NCBI GenBank assembly: GCA_000182565.2
Contig: KQ257468.1
Source: Spizellomyces punctatus DAOM BR117
Lineage: Eukaryota
DNA: 64,000 nucleotides
Direction: 5' to 3' (one strand)
A program made the translations under genes and the position numbers. Shown here piece by piece: positions 24,756-38,734 of the stretch. Numbering within the stretch: position 1 is the stretch's first letter; each line of letters starts with the position of its first letter. The notes below the pieces were generated by a model. The model saw nothing but the letters and a program-made list of their open reading frames with translations, was not told where the DNA came from and did no database searches.

Positions 24756-27700
24756 ATGGACCGCTACATTTCCCGTGCAGCCACGCTGGCCTCAGAAGCC
24801 AGCAAGTTCTCCAAGCGCCTAACTCAAGAAATTGTTGAAAGGTCGCGGGAGGTTGGGCTGCCGGGACATTTATATGACACTTCGGAAGAGAAGTACAAGG
24901 ACATTCGGACACATTTGGATTCAAAGGTTTGCGACGGTTGGTTAAAGATGTGTTGTCTCGTATAGTGGAGCTAATGCGCTTCTGGAATAGTTTGATAAGG
25001 AAAAGATTGATGGGTTGAAAAGACTCATTGCGGTGAGTTTTGATTGGAATGAAGGCGCAATTATAGTATCTCGCATCTGACTACCTTGGAGATGATGTCC
25101 AAAGGACGGGACGTCAAAGAGTTTTTTCCAGGTACGGCTCTCGTTTGGCTAACACTAGAAGCAAAGTAATCTCAGCAATTCTATGACGCCGAATAGATGT
25201 AGTAAAACTCGTCGCGTCAAGCTCGTTTGAAGTGCGGAAGCTCGTCTATATCTATCTCCTCCGATATGCAGAACAAGAGCCCGATCTGGCATTACTTTCC
25301 GTGAATACGTTTCAGAAAGGTTGGTCTTGCAATATGGCGAGCTGCATTGTGTAGTATCCCAACATCTGCTCTTGTGAACAGATCTGACGGATCGGAATCC
25401 ATTGATCAGGGCGATGGCGCTAAGGGTTATGTCGAGTATACGAGGTAAGGGAACACGACAGTCGCGATGCGATATCTGAAGGCCGCTAATGAGTACTTTA
25501 CTTAACAGTGCAAGTGATTGCCCCGATAAGTATGTACCGATCGGAAACCAGGCGAAAACCACATACTAATCAAGACCATCCAAACAGTCATGTTGGCCCT
25601 CCGAAAGGCAACAACGGACCTTTCACCCTATGTCCGTAAAGCTGCGGCAAACGCTATCCCAAAGTCCTACAGGTAAAGTTGTAGTCCGACATAAGGAGAC
25701 GATCGCCCGCAAATTTCACTCAACAATTTGACTGAATTGGTATACAGCCTAGACCCAACTCAAAAACCGCAGCTTATAGAACTCATTCAAACGCTCCTAC
25801 AAGACAATTCCACCCTTGTTCTCGGCAGCGTCATATCAAGCTTGGCCCAGATCTGCCCGGAATCACTCGATATGATCCACAAACACTATCGCAAATTATG
25901 CCGATTACTTGTTGACACGGATGAGTGGGGCCAGATTGCTATTCTGGAAATTTTGGGGCGATATGCACGAACGTGGTTTTTGGAGCCGAAAGGTGTCGCG
26001 CTTACTCCAGCGAAGAAAGCAAAGGACTTTTATGCGGAGGATGAGGACGACAAAGAGGTGGAAATGATAGAGCGGACGGTATTAGGAAAGAACGAACCTT
26101 TGGATCCGGATCATGAACTGCTGCTCAAATCTTGTTTGCCGCTCCTAAATAGTCGCAATACTTCTGTAAGCCATTCTCACGCCTGATGCTAGCGCCGCGC
26201 CGTTCTGCCAGGCACCCTAACCCTGATCTGTAGGTCGTTCTGACTACTACCAAACTCCTGTTCGCCCTCGCTCCCGTTACCTACTATCCACCCGCAGCCA
26301 AGTCCTTAATCCGTCTCCTCCGCACCTCTCGCGAGGAACGTTACATTGTCCTCCTCAATATATGCACACTCGTCCAAACACATGCTGACCTCTTTCGCCC
26401 GTACCTGACACATTTTTTTGTATTCGGAGGCGAATCTCGGTTTATCCGCAATGTCAAGGTGGAGATTTTGGGACTTATTGCTGATGAAGGATGTGTTGGG
26501 AGAGTCCTGAAGGAGTTCGGAGAGTACGTTAGAATGGAGGGCGACATCGTCGTTGAGACTGTCAAGGTACGAACTTCGTCATCTAGCAGAAAATTGCAAG
26601 TAAACGCGGGTTTGATTTGGCATTGATATGGGCAGGCTATGGGACGGTTATGTGTGCGATTGCCGGATGTTGCAGAGCAGTGTTTACGGGTTTTGATGGG
26701 TTTGGTATCGAACAACGATGGTAAGTCTATCAATCGCAAAAGCGACCATGCAGATGCACGTCAATGGGTCTAAACTCAAGCCATGATGAACAGAGAACAT
26801 TGTAGCCGAATCCGTCATTGTCATCCGCCGCCTCCTCCAACTCACACCTCCTGCCCAAAACACCCGCACCATTAGCCATCTGTCCAAATCCCTGGACCAA
26901 ATCACATCCCCCCAAGCCCGAGCCTCCATTCTATGGCTAATAGGCCAGTACGTGGAGTCTGTCCCAACTATTGCACCCGATACCCTCCGGAAGTGCGCCA
27001 AAACATTCCCCAAAGAATCCGAAATTGTTAAGCTCCAGATCCTCAGTCTGGGATGCAAACTTGCGTGCGTGGATAAGAGAGATGTGTGCATAGCGTTGGT
27101 GAAGTATGTTTTGGAGTTGGCAAAGTTTGATGCGGATTGGGATGTGCGAGACCGGGCAAGATTTCTGAAAGGCATTGTCTTTGGTGACGGGATGAGAGAT
27201 GTGAAAAGAATTTTGTTGTGTGAGAAGGCTGTTGGCGTCCCAACGAGTTCTTTTGCCGGTAAGATGACAATGAATGATCGTGACACCAGTCAAATACTAA
27301 TCTTTCAAAAGCTCGACAAGAATACACTCTTGGCACCCTTTCACATACCCTCTGCCAATCCGTCAAAAACTACACCCCTCTACCGGACTGGCCCCTGACT
27401 CGCACTCCCGAAATGACACAAGCAGGAACAGAACGATCCGTGGATGAATCCGCGAAATGGAGTCGAGATCGTGTCGTATCTTCTGCGCCCACTGTGGTTG
27501 TTGGAAGAAATACTGGAAGAAAAGTCAAGAAGCGAATGGTTAGTTTGGAGGAATTCTATAATGAAAGTGAGAGTAGCAGCGAGGAGGAGAGCGTGAGCGA
27601 GATAGAGGAGGAAAGTGAGGATGAAAGTGAGGAAGAAGAGGAGGAGGATAGTCTGGAGGAAGACGACGATGATGACCAAGACGAAGACGAAGACGAGGAA

Positions 27701-27781
27701 GATGAGGAGGAGGAGGAGGAGGAGGAAGAGGAAGAGGAGGCAGATGGGATGCCAGGACCCAGTGGGTCACGTGTACCATAG
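24756..27781 (+). CDS. APL6: AP-3 adaptor complex beta subunit; multi-exon
   Basis: Adaptin_N motifs [60 protein letters not shown] and [12 protein letters not shown], plus FYAEDE and a long acidic C-terminal tail typical of beta3. Confidence 0.93.
27570..27741 (+). repeat. GAG/GAA/GAC-rich trinucleotide low-complexity tract encoding the poly-Glu/Asp tail of AP-3 beta
   Basis: Runs such as gaggaggaggaggaggaggaggaagaggaagaggag are visible directly. Confidence 0.9.
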
Positions 27782-28888
27782 GAGTAATCGTATTACGTAA
27801 TATCCACGTGAGCATGGTCTCTCAGCGAAAGCTGCCACAGATCATTGCAGAGCTTTTGTCGCCGATCACAATGAATTCCACAGCTTCCAAAGGCGACCCA
27901 AACGTAACTCAACCCAAACCTCTGCCAGTGCCACGCACCAACACCCTTCCAACGACAATATCTGGCGGCGGTGGTAGTGGGGTGTGTCCCGATTGCTGTT
28001 CCAGTTGCTGCGGAAATGAGTGCATGCGATGTTGCAATACTGTTTCTGGACCGTGTGCTGTGCTGTGTTGCGCTGGTGTGTTTGGTGGTGTGAGGGGAGG
28101 TACTTGAGGGCAGTCGATAGAGTAGTATGTACATAGTATAGCATGTCAGCTGAAACGTGAGTCAAGCATTACGCAAGTTTTTCTACCAACGGGCGGGGAA
28201 TGAGGATACTCCTGGGTGAGGGAGTCCGGAAGAAATTTGTACGACGATTATGCCACGATAGTGAGCTGGATACGAATGGTTCATCTTTAGAAGCGTTGAC
28301 ATAGTGAGGTGTGGGTGAATATCCGTGAGTTCCAATATGATGTCACTGTCCTTTAGCCCCTTCGTCAGAAAGCAAGGGTTTAAACGTCTGAGTCGGGCGA
28401 AGCTGCTAACGTACCTTGGAAGTTTCAAATGCGATCATAGTATCCCATGTCCTAAAGTAACAGTAGAAAAACTCTGTTCCAGAGTGCTATTTTCCGTTTA
28501 ATCAGGTTTCCTAACCGCGCGGATGCTGGTCACCAATGTGTGGGGAATGACTCCACGCCGCAAGAAGAGTGTTGTCATAAATGCCCGAAAGGATTAACAG
28601 ATGAAGGCAGCGCAGAGGCAAAGTCTCAAGATATCCCGCGTTGTAAGAACTTTGCGAAGAACCGTCGGTTTTTACTGACGCCTAACATCGCATTGGGAGC
28701 GCATGCTTTTCGTGCAGCCATCTCTGCACGGCCATCGCATTATAGTACATGCTGGAAAAGCGGACCGCCGGGCGCCAACTCTGGAATTGTCCAGTATCAG
28801 GAAAATCTCCGAAACTGGCATCACCTAATAGGAGATCATCATAATATCAAATACATGTATATACTACAAGTTGGGAGTTTGAGAGTCC

Positions 28889-31800
28889 TTATGAAGGGTG
28901 GTACCCAGGTAACCGTATCTGCTGCTCATAAGCATCCACATACCGTCTCTCGTCATTCAGTACCGTCGCAAGGGCGTTATAGATTGACATCTCGGATTCA
29001 TTCGAATTCGGACGAACATAGTCGTTTCCTGCTGTCAAGATGGCTGCCAATTGAGAACGGTGGCTGGACTTCTGCAGCACTTTTGCGGCACGTCGACGTA
29101 CATCGACGGGAAGAGAGGAGGTGCTATCGCATAGACTGAATAAGTCTGAAGCGAGTTCTGAGACGGTGTTTGTAGAGTTCATGTTTCGTAGTGGATTTCC
29201 ACTAGTTTCTGGCAGTAGAGAGCGGATGTCTTGAGAGGATACAACGGGGACGCCAGATGCCATGGCGAGGAGAGCCGTGTCTACGGATGACAATGAAAGG
29301 GCAAGGACGACATTGGATGCTGCAGCTAAGAGTCGGTACCGCTCGTCGGACATATACTCTTCTTCGAAGAAATTCACGACCTCGGAGCGTCCGGTTGCGG
29401 TCCAGGCTTGCCGCACGGCATTTTGAAGTGGTGTTCCTCTTAACGGCACCATGACCAGCGTGCGTCGTTTGAGTAACTTCTTTAACGCCAATGCAATGTC
29501 TACCACTTTCGAAGCATCAATAACGGTGCCAGTGTACGCTACAACACAGGCAGATGATACGCCTCTCTCCCCCTTGAAAACCGCCCTTCGTGCTGCATTG
29601 AGATCCCGCTTCGGTGAAAGATACATGATATTTATGCCGCGTTCCAAATGAAGAACGGAATCTGGCTTGCGCGCTCCGTTTCTTTGCAGGATGATGTCGT
29701 GCACATGGGGGCTTCCTGTCATGGTACGATAGATACAGTTTCCGTTCAACGCCGACATAGTCGCAAACCCTCCCGACCGCCAGCCCATGTCCGCCGCGTG
29801 AACATAGTCGAATACCGCCGTTTGCCTTGGTAGATGTGCGCACAATGACGGCAAAGCGTCGTACCCGAAAACGGATTCGGATATCAAGAGCGCCTGGATG
29901 CGTCGACTGTTTGTTAGGTACACCAAAAACCGAGGGAAATCAACAGTTCTTAAAAACATGGGAAGAACAAAAATGTCATGGGTGTACATGTAGTATTCCG
30001 AACGGAGTTCATCGGACTGGTTGAGCACCGCTACAACCGTAATACGCCAGCCTAGTCTGGCTAAATCGCCTACCATCCCCAAAATCCTTCTCCCAGGAAT
30101 ATCGCCGCGGAAGCTGTCGATAAGAAACAATGCACGTCGTTTCGAACTAGGTGCTACAGAATTCAGAAATGGCGGAAGCCATTCTATGCTCTCGAAGGGT
30201 TGAGAAGCGGGAATATCATGCGCGGGCCAAGTTTGCGGCCCTGAATGCTTCTCGTTGATATATGCATGGGTCTTTTCCCAGGCCTTACCAAAGTTGGACC
30301 AGTTGTGTCCAGTACCAATCCGGTACCAATACGAATATTCGGGTATAGTAGCTCCCCAGGAACCGCTTTCCGCTAGGCATAACCAAAAGTCGTAGTCCTC
30401 CCCTCCATGGGTCAGCACGGGATCAAAAATGCTGCAATTACGGGTTGCAGAGTGTCGTACCACCGCCCCAGACGGGACAGTATTCTCCTTCTTTAACTTG
30501 GATCCCATGTGGGGGCCAGCTAGGCTGATATCTGCGGATGTTCCAAAAGTGACCATGTACCAGCTGGCAATGTCCAAATGCGGGTTCGTCTCCAACAACC
30601 AAACAGCTTGTTCGTAAGCAACAAGTTCTCGTAAGTCATCGTCGTCTAAGAATGCCTGATAAGGAGTGTTTACCTGAAAAAGGGTTTAAGCCAAGTTACT
30701 ACGACATATGTTGCATTGCGTTTCAACTTTAGCTACATACGTGTTGAAGTGCAAACGTTCTGGCGGCCGATACACCGCGCTCCCCGGTATTATTTACTAT
30801 CGTGATGCGTGAATCCAATGCAGCGATCCGATTAAGCATTTCAAGGGCTTCTGGTTTATCCGAATGATCGTTGACAATGACCCACTTGAAAGCTTGGAGG
30901 CTCTGTTGTCGCACAAACGGGGTTGTTTCTGTCTCCAGAAGCGGCCGAGGATTCTGGGTCACTGTCAGAAGGGTGAGCATTGGCTTATCGGCAGCCGCTG
31001 CTGCTTGGGTGACGAATTGATTGCGTGGTCTTGCAGGATGAATTGGAGTTTGTGTATAAAAGGTGGAATCATGCAGTCGTCGAGGGCGTGCTTCTGATGA
31101 CACGCCAAAGGGAAATTCTTCGTCATTGCTCCAATTGTCCGTAATTATCTCTTCAGTATCTGGAAGCTTCTCGTTCCACAGTTCTACGTCTATCTCCTGT
31201 TCGCTGATGGTGTGCTCTGGCAGGTATCTTTTCAGATTGTCTCGGATGCCAAACATCCCATAGAATAAGCCCAGAAGAAATATCGTGCTTAGAAGCAAGA
31301 TGGACCCACGTTTCCTGTACGGTCTCAGATCCGTTCGGACTTTCTTTTCAGCTCTTTTGGGCCCCGGTAATACTTGTATCGATAGACCTCCGTTGTCCAC
31401 TGATCCGCGGATAACCTCATCATCATACGCCCCAGACAGGCCAGCCTCTCTGTGTATAATGTAGCTAGATCTAGCCACTCCAACGGCTATTAAGCCCATA
31501 CCTGTTGCCAGTAGCGGAGACATGGAAACAGCAGCGTCCGGAATCCATCCATATTCATGGGTGAAAAATGCTAATCCCACCACAATAATCGATTTTACAT
31601 CATCTAGGATTCCATATCTTGGGCGAACCGTGCTGCTGTGCCTTAAATTCAGAGCAGCAGGATGCCACATAGCGGTCAGGAGGCAGGTTATTAAAAACCA
31701 ACCCCCTATTGTGCCGATCTCAAATGCCTGCTGGAACTGGGATATGTAGCCTCTTCTACACAGGATCAGTAGCAAGCTGGAACCGGCTAGGATAACCGTC

Positions 31801-32521
31801 CGATGGTATGATATGGAGCAAGAGGTATCAGCTCCACCCGCAGCGCCGTCCTTAACGCGGCAGTCGATGTGTAGAAGTACCTTCAACAATATACCGATAG
31901 CAGTGATGAAAAGCGCAGTCGAGTCAATGCTATCGACGGAGCATTGTGTCGCGAGAGCAATACCGAGTAGCCAAATGGAGTGAAAGACAATGGAAGATGT
32001 GCCATAGCGAGATCGAACGAGCACATATCTCAGGATTGCTGCACAGGGCGTATGCAGCATCCACAGGATCTGGAAAACAGAGATCGGCAAAAGGGCGAGG
32101 GACCTGCGCATACAATCAGACACAGTTGAGTAAAGTGCCCATATTTTCAATACCGTGTCAAGATGGCCTCCCTTTCGAGAGAATGTCATCCTACTTACCA
32201 GTTTTCTAATACATCGCTAACAGCAGCCACCACACCCCGTAAAAATGGCGCCGAATGACTCTCAGTCGCTCCAGACAAGGCGTTTGTAAATGCCAGGTCA
32301 CACAGATGGCACGATAAAGAGACAAACAATGCGAGATCAAAGGTGAATTCTGCATCTGCCGAGGCGTAAATGAGCTTTCTAGTGAACACCTTGGCAGCAT
32401 TGGCAGCAATGTATCCGATAATTGCGGCGTAGACATGTCGGTGGCCTTCATCCTTTGATTGCATTTGCGAAACAAGAGTCGGATGCGCAGATGAACGCGA
32501 TCGCGTCGCGTTGGTCATCAT
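28889..32521 (-). CDS. Large fusion protein: N-terminal multi-TM transporter-like region + GT2 domain + degenerate GT4 (GT-B) domain; 2 introns
   Basis: Introns at ~32.2 kb and ~30.74-30.67 kb join three ORFs. About 9-10 hydrophobic helices precede GT2 motifs WVIVNDHSD, GVSAAR, AFLDDDD and GGEDYDFW. GT4-like segments follow: RALFLID...GWRITVV and LAMASGVPVVSS. Confidence 0.8.
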
Positions 32522-33431
32522 GCCGCGCCACGTCGTTAAGCGCAGCCAACAGATAGCACATTGCAGGATTCGCGCGGCGTGAAGTGGATACCTGCCTTAC
32601 ATCTAAGTAAATTAAAGGTTATTATGAATTTGGAAGGGCGAAATTAGGTCAGAGGTAAAATAGAGGGGTAGAGGGGCATATAGTGGTAAGATCATCGATA
32701 GGTAACCGAGATGATCATTGTAATTAATCTCCCCAGCGCTCGCCATGAGGATTGTACGGCGACAATGAATAGAACATGGCTATGGATTAAACATGGGGAA
32801 AGGCTCAACGGGCTGCATTCAAGTCCCTTGCATCTTCGTCACATATCGCATCAACTTGGGGTGCACGTTGGTGCTTGTCAGGAACGCTTGATAAAAAAAG
32901 GGAACCAGGTTGACAAGTTGGGTACTCTTGGACGCATTCTAGAACAGCTGAGTGATCAATGTAGATGTTGTAACGATATAAGAAATATGTGCCTTCTTCA
33001 GTATTTAGGTGGATATGCGCTACGAACTACGGCCAGCAAAATGCGAGCAGTGACTCCTTGGCAGCTCTGTGCCGTAGTTTTGAGTTGGGAGGCAGAATTC
33101 TTTACTCCATATGACAGGTTCAAGTGGTGATATGCCAGGGGATGTAGTTAGCATTCTGATCGATGGACAAAGGTGCGTCACAACAAAAGACGAAGGAAGG
33201 TTCGGACACAACACTTCATGTACGGCTGTTCCAATGTTTGAAGCTTCACAAATATTTTAGAGGAATGCGATCAAACCCATCTCTTGTGTGTCCTTCAAAC
33301 CCTTTGAATTCCATAATGTTCGACAAAACGCATAATAACTACCGTATCATTCATGAGGGAGAACTCTTCCGTTAAGTTATTATAGTGTGTCTACTATACA
33401 GATGTAAGTGTAATATATGTGTCGTCACCAC

Positions 33432-34956
33432 CTAAATGTTCAACTCCAGCGCAACAGGATAGTCCATCCCTTTTGCGGTGAGATGCGCGTCTATTTTCAC
33501 GAATGCATCCCAGATTTGTTTCTCCTTGGCTGTTAGCTCAGTCGGAATGCCAGCCGTCGCAAGGAGGCAGTCCGACCCGTCTGTGGTCCAGTCCAAATTA
33601 AATCCGCTCCGATCATTCATCCAAATGCTCGGCTGGGCGTGTTTGGATGGTGGAAGTTTTTGGGGAGTTCGTAAACCGTTGTTCACCCAGAGAAGTGCTC
33701 CTTGGTGGTCGCCATGCGCCAATTGTCTACCGCAGACCTATCATAGCCGGTTACTCCGGGTGCAAAGTTGAGCTCTTTGTCGACTTTACTTACTCGCAAT
33801 TTGTCCCCAGAGAATTGACCCATAGCACCTCCATATCCTGGGTTCCACGCGTAGGGTATCCCGCTCATTTCAAAACCTATCCAGAACGTTTCCTTATCAC
33901 CCCATACCCGCTGATAAACTTTACTAGCCCATGGTTTTGAATTTAGCAAGCATGCTGCTAGTAATCCTGGGAACACTCTTGCTTTGTTGATCACTACCAC
34001 TCCTGACTCTTGCTCATGTTGGCTCTTTCCATAAATATACCGTGAGCCATATGTTCGACTAGAAGGATTTGGAATGACAGATAGCAGCCATTGTAGATCT
34101 TTTGCTGACCCTACCCAACCCGAGGTCCGATCATGGAAAAAGACTGCACCGGTACCGATGTAGCCCGGGTGTGCGTATAATGCAGACGGATCTTTAAAGA
34201 ACACTGCATCAGCGTCCATGAAAATGGGCTCTGCAAAAGATGATGCTAGGAGTGCAAACGGCTTTGCTCCCCATCCGCCGTAGCCTGCAATTGAGATATC
34301 GATGACCTAACCAGGCAGTCTGTCAGCCTGGAGCAACTGCCTCATTGGATAAATGACCCCCACACAACCTTCGTAAGATCTTTACACTTTACGCCGGGGA
34401 TCTTTGCTAAAAGTTCACGGTTACTTGCAGAGAGATCCTCTTCTCCCATGTACCAGATTTCGATTGGAAGTTTGCAGCGGTGAACCAGACGCATCCCTAC
34501 AATCAAGGGATACGCTAGGGCCAAGTCGTGGTCTCCAAATGTATATACAAGCCCTCTTCCTTTTCCGCGTAACACGGAAATTTCATTTACGGGAAGCCAT
34601 GGGTAAAGCAAACGGATGGCGTCTTCGACTGGTTTTCTTGACTTTGAATATTGAAATGCGTTGCTAAATGCGAGAATACGCGCTCGCAAGTTTGGCATAT
34701 CTTCGAACGTTGTATTGAGCGGACTTTGCGAGAGTGGCACATCTTCCCATTTATATCCACTTTGATCGGCTACTGTGTCATCTTCTTGGGTGTAAAGGAA
34801 GCCTTCAGTAAGCTGGGAGGTGTCCTTGCTGTGTCGGAGCGACGATTTGCTACTTGAAGATGGCCACCATGATAGGAAAAGAAAGGTCGTTGCGATGATT
34901 AGAAGGAGAATTAGACGTCTGCGGAACATGATTCTCGACAGAGCAGAATGGTACAT
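33432..34956 (-). CDS. GT71 alpha-mannosyltransferase (MNN1/MNN2-like, Mannosyl_trans3); 2 introns
   Basis: TM anchor, then GRGLV, CKLPIEIWY.G..DL, GWGAKPFALLASSF.E..FMDADAVF, TGAVFFHDR, EQESGVVVINK, WGDKETFWIG and CGRQLAH.D...LLWVNNGL. Confidence 0.92.
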
Positions 34957-35137
34957 GACTGCTCTACTGGCCAAAGTCGCATTGGAAGAAGCTTTGGGTC
35001 GTTGCGCGTCACGAACGCGAGCAAAGTTTATTAGGTAAGCATAGTTGATAATTTTCAGGTGATGCGGTTGAAGGGCAAACAAGAAAATTGCTGACATGAA
35101 TCGTTGAACCGTCTTTTTGAACAAGAACATTGCTTGG

Positions 35138-36457
35138 ATGATGCGAGATGGTAAGTATCAAACGCAGACGCAATGGCAACAGCAATGGTCCTTTTCGAAA
35201 TTAACTCGCCGCAAAAGGGTATAAAAAGTACGGAGCTCTCGTGGCGCTAGCAGTGCAGAATATCGCCTCCGTGATGGTCATTCGATCGTCGCGAAAGTTT
35301 GGCCGTGAGAATGCGGTCGCTTCAACCGCTGTGCTATGCGCCGAGGTCCTCAAATTTATCGTATGCACCGTGGCTCACGTCCTGCGAGAGGAGTCGCGGA
35401 GTGCCTCGACAGTTATTGCAAAGGATATCTTTGGAGAGGATTCTGCATGGAAAATGATGATGGTCCCGGCAGCTTTGTATACGTTGCAGAACTGGCTTCA
35501 CTATTTTGCGCTTTCCCGTGTAGACGCAACAACACATCAGAGTGAGTAACACTGTCGGTTGGGGTACACTTGCACATTCCAATGGTTGATGTTGATGCTA
35601 CGTTGTTAGTCACGTTGCAGTTACGAATCCTGTCCACTGCTATATTCTCCGTTTTTATGCTCAAAAAGAGACTGTCATGGATGCAGTGGGTATCATTGCT
35701 AGTGCTAACTGGTGGAATGGCGCTAGTACAGCTACCTAGTGGAAATTCGGCTACCAAGATAGAGGCGGGGAGCAAAGCTGCCACCGACAGGCTCATAGGT
35801 TTGGCTGCAATAGCCCTTATTTGTGTGACCTCGGGATTTTCCGGGGTCTACCTAGAAAAAGTGCTTAAGCGGACAGCTACAACCTTATGGGTTCGCAACA
35901 TTCAGTTGGCATTCTTCAGCTCAATTTTCTGCGCCGTCTTTGGTGTGATTCTGCATGATGGGGCCGAGGTCGCTTCTAGAGGCTTCTTTGCGGGATATGG
36001 GTGGGCCACCATATGTGCGATACTGCTGAGTGCAGCAGGCGGACTTCTTGTTGCCATTGTCATCAAATATACAGGTACATTCCCTGCCTCAGTTCATTCA
36101 AGGCCAATACATTGTGCTTACCATCCCGTATGCCTGGTCCATTGCTATTAACCAGATAATATTGTAAAGAACTCGGCTATGGCCATCTCTATCATCACGA
36201 GCGGAGTGATATCGTCCCTCATTGGCGACTTCACACTAACGACGAACTTCCTTCTGGGTGGTATACTCGTGATACCATCCGTATGGATATACTCAATGAA
36301 TCCAGCACCTCCGCCACCTAGTAAGCTACTTCCAACCACAGCGATAGAACCATTCATTTTGAGAAGCATTAAAGTTCGTTCTTATAAGGTAGGGCTTATG
36401 GGAGACTTCCGTAAATTTCTTGTTTCTGTGATGTTGAAGCACGGATCTCAACTATAG
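35138..36457 (+). CDS. SLC35A-family nucleotide-sugar transporter (UDP-Gal/UDP-GlcNAc/CMP-Sia type); ends approximate
   Basis: Motifs STAVLCAEVLKF, VPAALYTLQN.L, QLRILSTAIFS, SGFSGVYLEKVLK, LWVRNIQLA and GGLLVAIVIKYTDNIVKN. Confidence 0.9.
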
Positions 36458-36891
36458 GACTGAAGCCGGCCAGCTACACTGTACATACATATTATTAAAT
36501 TGAGCGAGAATTAGAAGACATGCCGCACACTGTGTTCCATTCCTGTACTCTTAGTACCTATACATATTTCGAGCTCATGGGCAGACAAGGATTTCGTGTG
36601 TAACAGACATATTTAGCTGAGGGCTTTGGTGTCCTCGCATATCAAATTGAATATCACAGTACTGCCCTAGCATATGCGTGTTATATTGAGGATTGTGTAG
36701 CGCACGGTCAAGGACTTCAGCCAACATCAAGTTGAAATAGTGCGCGAATACTTTCGGCCATGCTGGGTTAAAAAAAGCGATAGATAAGCGTTGACCTTCA
36801 CTGTAAAGGGTGCTCAAGATATACATGGTGCCGTGAGGCAAAGAATGGGTTTGATCGTATTCGGAAATATACAGATATTTACAGAACTTGG

Positions 36892-38132
36892 TTAATTTGG
36901 TTCTGGGTTCACACAATACTGGTCAACGCCACGGAACCAATTATCAAATATTCGGCGATATAGCGGATGCGCTTCTCCATGGACCGTCCGGTCTGCGATA
37001 TACCAGGGCTTTCCAAACTGGCCGTTAGGTTGTTCACTGAAATGGACGGCATACGCTGATCTGGCCGCATCTTCTATGGTTTTGTATGGTATATGTGATG
37101 ATTTATCCGTCGGGTTTCCACGAAGGTGCCCATTCAGAATAATGGTACCAAAAGGAAGAATTGACATCCGATTACGGTAAAGGTAGTTAATCTAGCAAAC
37201 GCACAATAAACTCAGATCTAATCAAACGGGCATGTATCTTCCAACAAGACTTACGACGTGCATGCCAAAGGCAGAATTCTTCTTCTTCACTCGGTCGGTA
37301 AATTCATTTTTAATTTCGAGCAAAGTGGCTTCCAGAGGTGTCAACACCATCATGCAATTTGTCACCCAGGGCTGCTCTGCTGTGAGCCAATGTGCTCTTG
37401 GAGCGTAGAGAAAATAATCCGGTAAATCAAAGAACTCGTCCATATTTCTTAGCGGGTACATATCAGTATCCAGGTAGACAATGCGGTCGTACTGTGTCAG
37501 GTTGAATATGAACAACATTGTTATGGAGTGTTCGTACAAGCGTTGGGTCGGATGGACATCCGTATATAGCCATGGAGCGGTTGGGATGAGTTTGACGTTG
37601 GCCAGCTCAAAGTTTGTTGCGATACTCTGGCGATACTGCCTCGTTCATTGCAACAAAATCTACCGATCCTCAGTGTCCTTGAGAGCCTGATTGACCACGA
37701 GCGCGTTGCAGGTGTATCTTTGCACCACGACCGGTATTGATTAGCTACTGTGTTGAAAACTAGAGAATGGTAATAGAGAAATCCTACCTGTCATTTGTCA
37801 GGTAAAATGCATACGCATGTTTGCTTTGTGGCCGGCAACCAATTGGAGGGTGCTGGAATGGTGTCCCAAGTGGGCTTGACAAAATCTCGCCCGAAGTGGT
37901 CCACTTTTTGGCGCGAGGACATGTCCGCATTGTATAGCAGCACAAAAATGCTAGTGGCTCCTCCGGCTGCACCGCTTGCAGCCCTGAGGCGGTAGAAGGA
38001 GACCGATCCTTGTAGATTTGTCTGGACGGCAAAGATGGCAAATGCACAGAGGAATGCAAATGCAATCTTGTGCGCAAGGTACTTTTGCCGCAAGCACCCG
38101 CGAAAGGAGTTGATGGTTGTTCTTGCTTTCAT
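36892..38132 (-). pseudogene. Second GT8 (GNT1/glycogenin-like) glycosyltransferase, disrupted
   Basis: TM anchor, then HAYAFYLTND, FNLTQYDRIVYLDTD, APRAHWL and VHFSE...GKPW. There is a frameshift near 37820 and in-frame stops/indels at ~37640-37665, and the conserved TKL reads TML. Confidence 0.78.
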
Positions 38133-38734
38133 AGTTGAATTTTGAACAAAGATATGCGACAAGGTTAGTTTGCTGGAATCCTACGAACGCGACGGTTTAT
38201 GTAATCCGGCCGCGTATCGAGTTGGCAGGATCGCGCGACGAAACACTCGCTTTTTTACAAACATTTGGATGTAAAATGACCCAAGACCCTGCATAGACTT
38301 GCAGTGTAACATTGTTGATCTTTTGCATCCTTGCCATGCGTTCAATGTACACATGTAAAGGGGGTCGGATCGTAATGACCTAAGTGTTCGGCTAGAGTTC
38401 CTTTCGACGGCAACTTTAGGCGGTTCATACAAGCATGCCCTTCCTGCGTCTATTCTCGCCCAGTACTCTTCATGATGTGACGCTGACGCTGATAGCGACC
38501 ACGCAAGATGAATTCAAGGGCAAAAATAAAACTTACCAAGGCTTTGAATACCTTTGGCTCACCTTGCACCATGGGTGAGTCATGACGGAAAACACGTGAT
38601 AGCTGACGGTGTGATGAACTGTCACCACCAACAACCAACCAACAACTTTTAACCCGAAAACTGCAATCTTTCATGGAACCTTCATCGGGACGGCCTTCCC
38701 ATACAGCAAGCTAACCACCTCATCCTCGCAAAAC

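Noticed and set aside
27570-27741. GAG-rich repeat as a microsatellite or mobile-element signal
   Set aside because: It encodes the ordinary acidic tail of AP-3 beta.
27793-28430. Cys-rich + strand ORF (27808-28107) or a spliced minus-strand gene
   Set aside because: Several frames are open because of low complexity; I could not support a consistent gene model or family.
35138-36457. Sialic-acid pathway (epimerase plus CMP-sialic acid transporter)
   Set aside because: The epimerase has WecB non-hydrolysing motifs, no NeuB/NeuA is present, and SLC35A substrate cannot be assigned from sequence.
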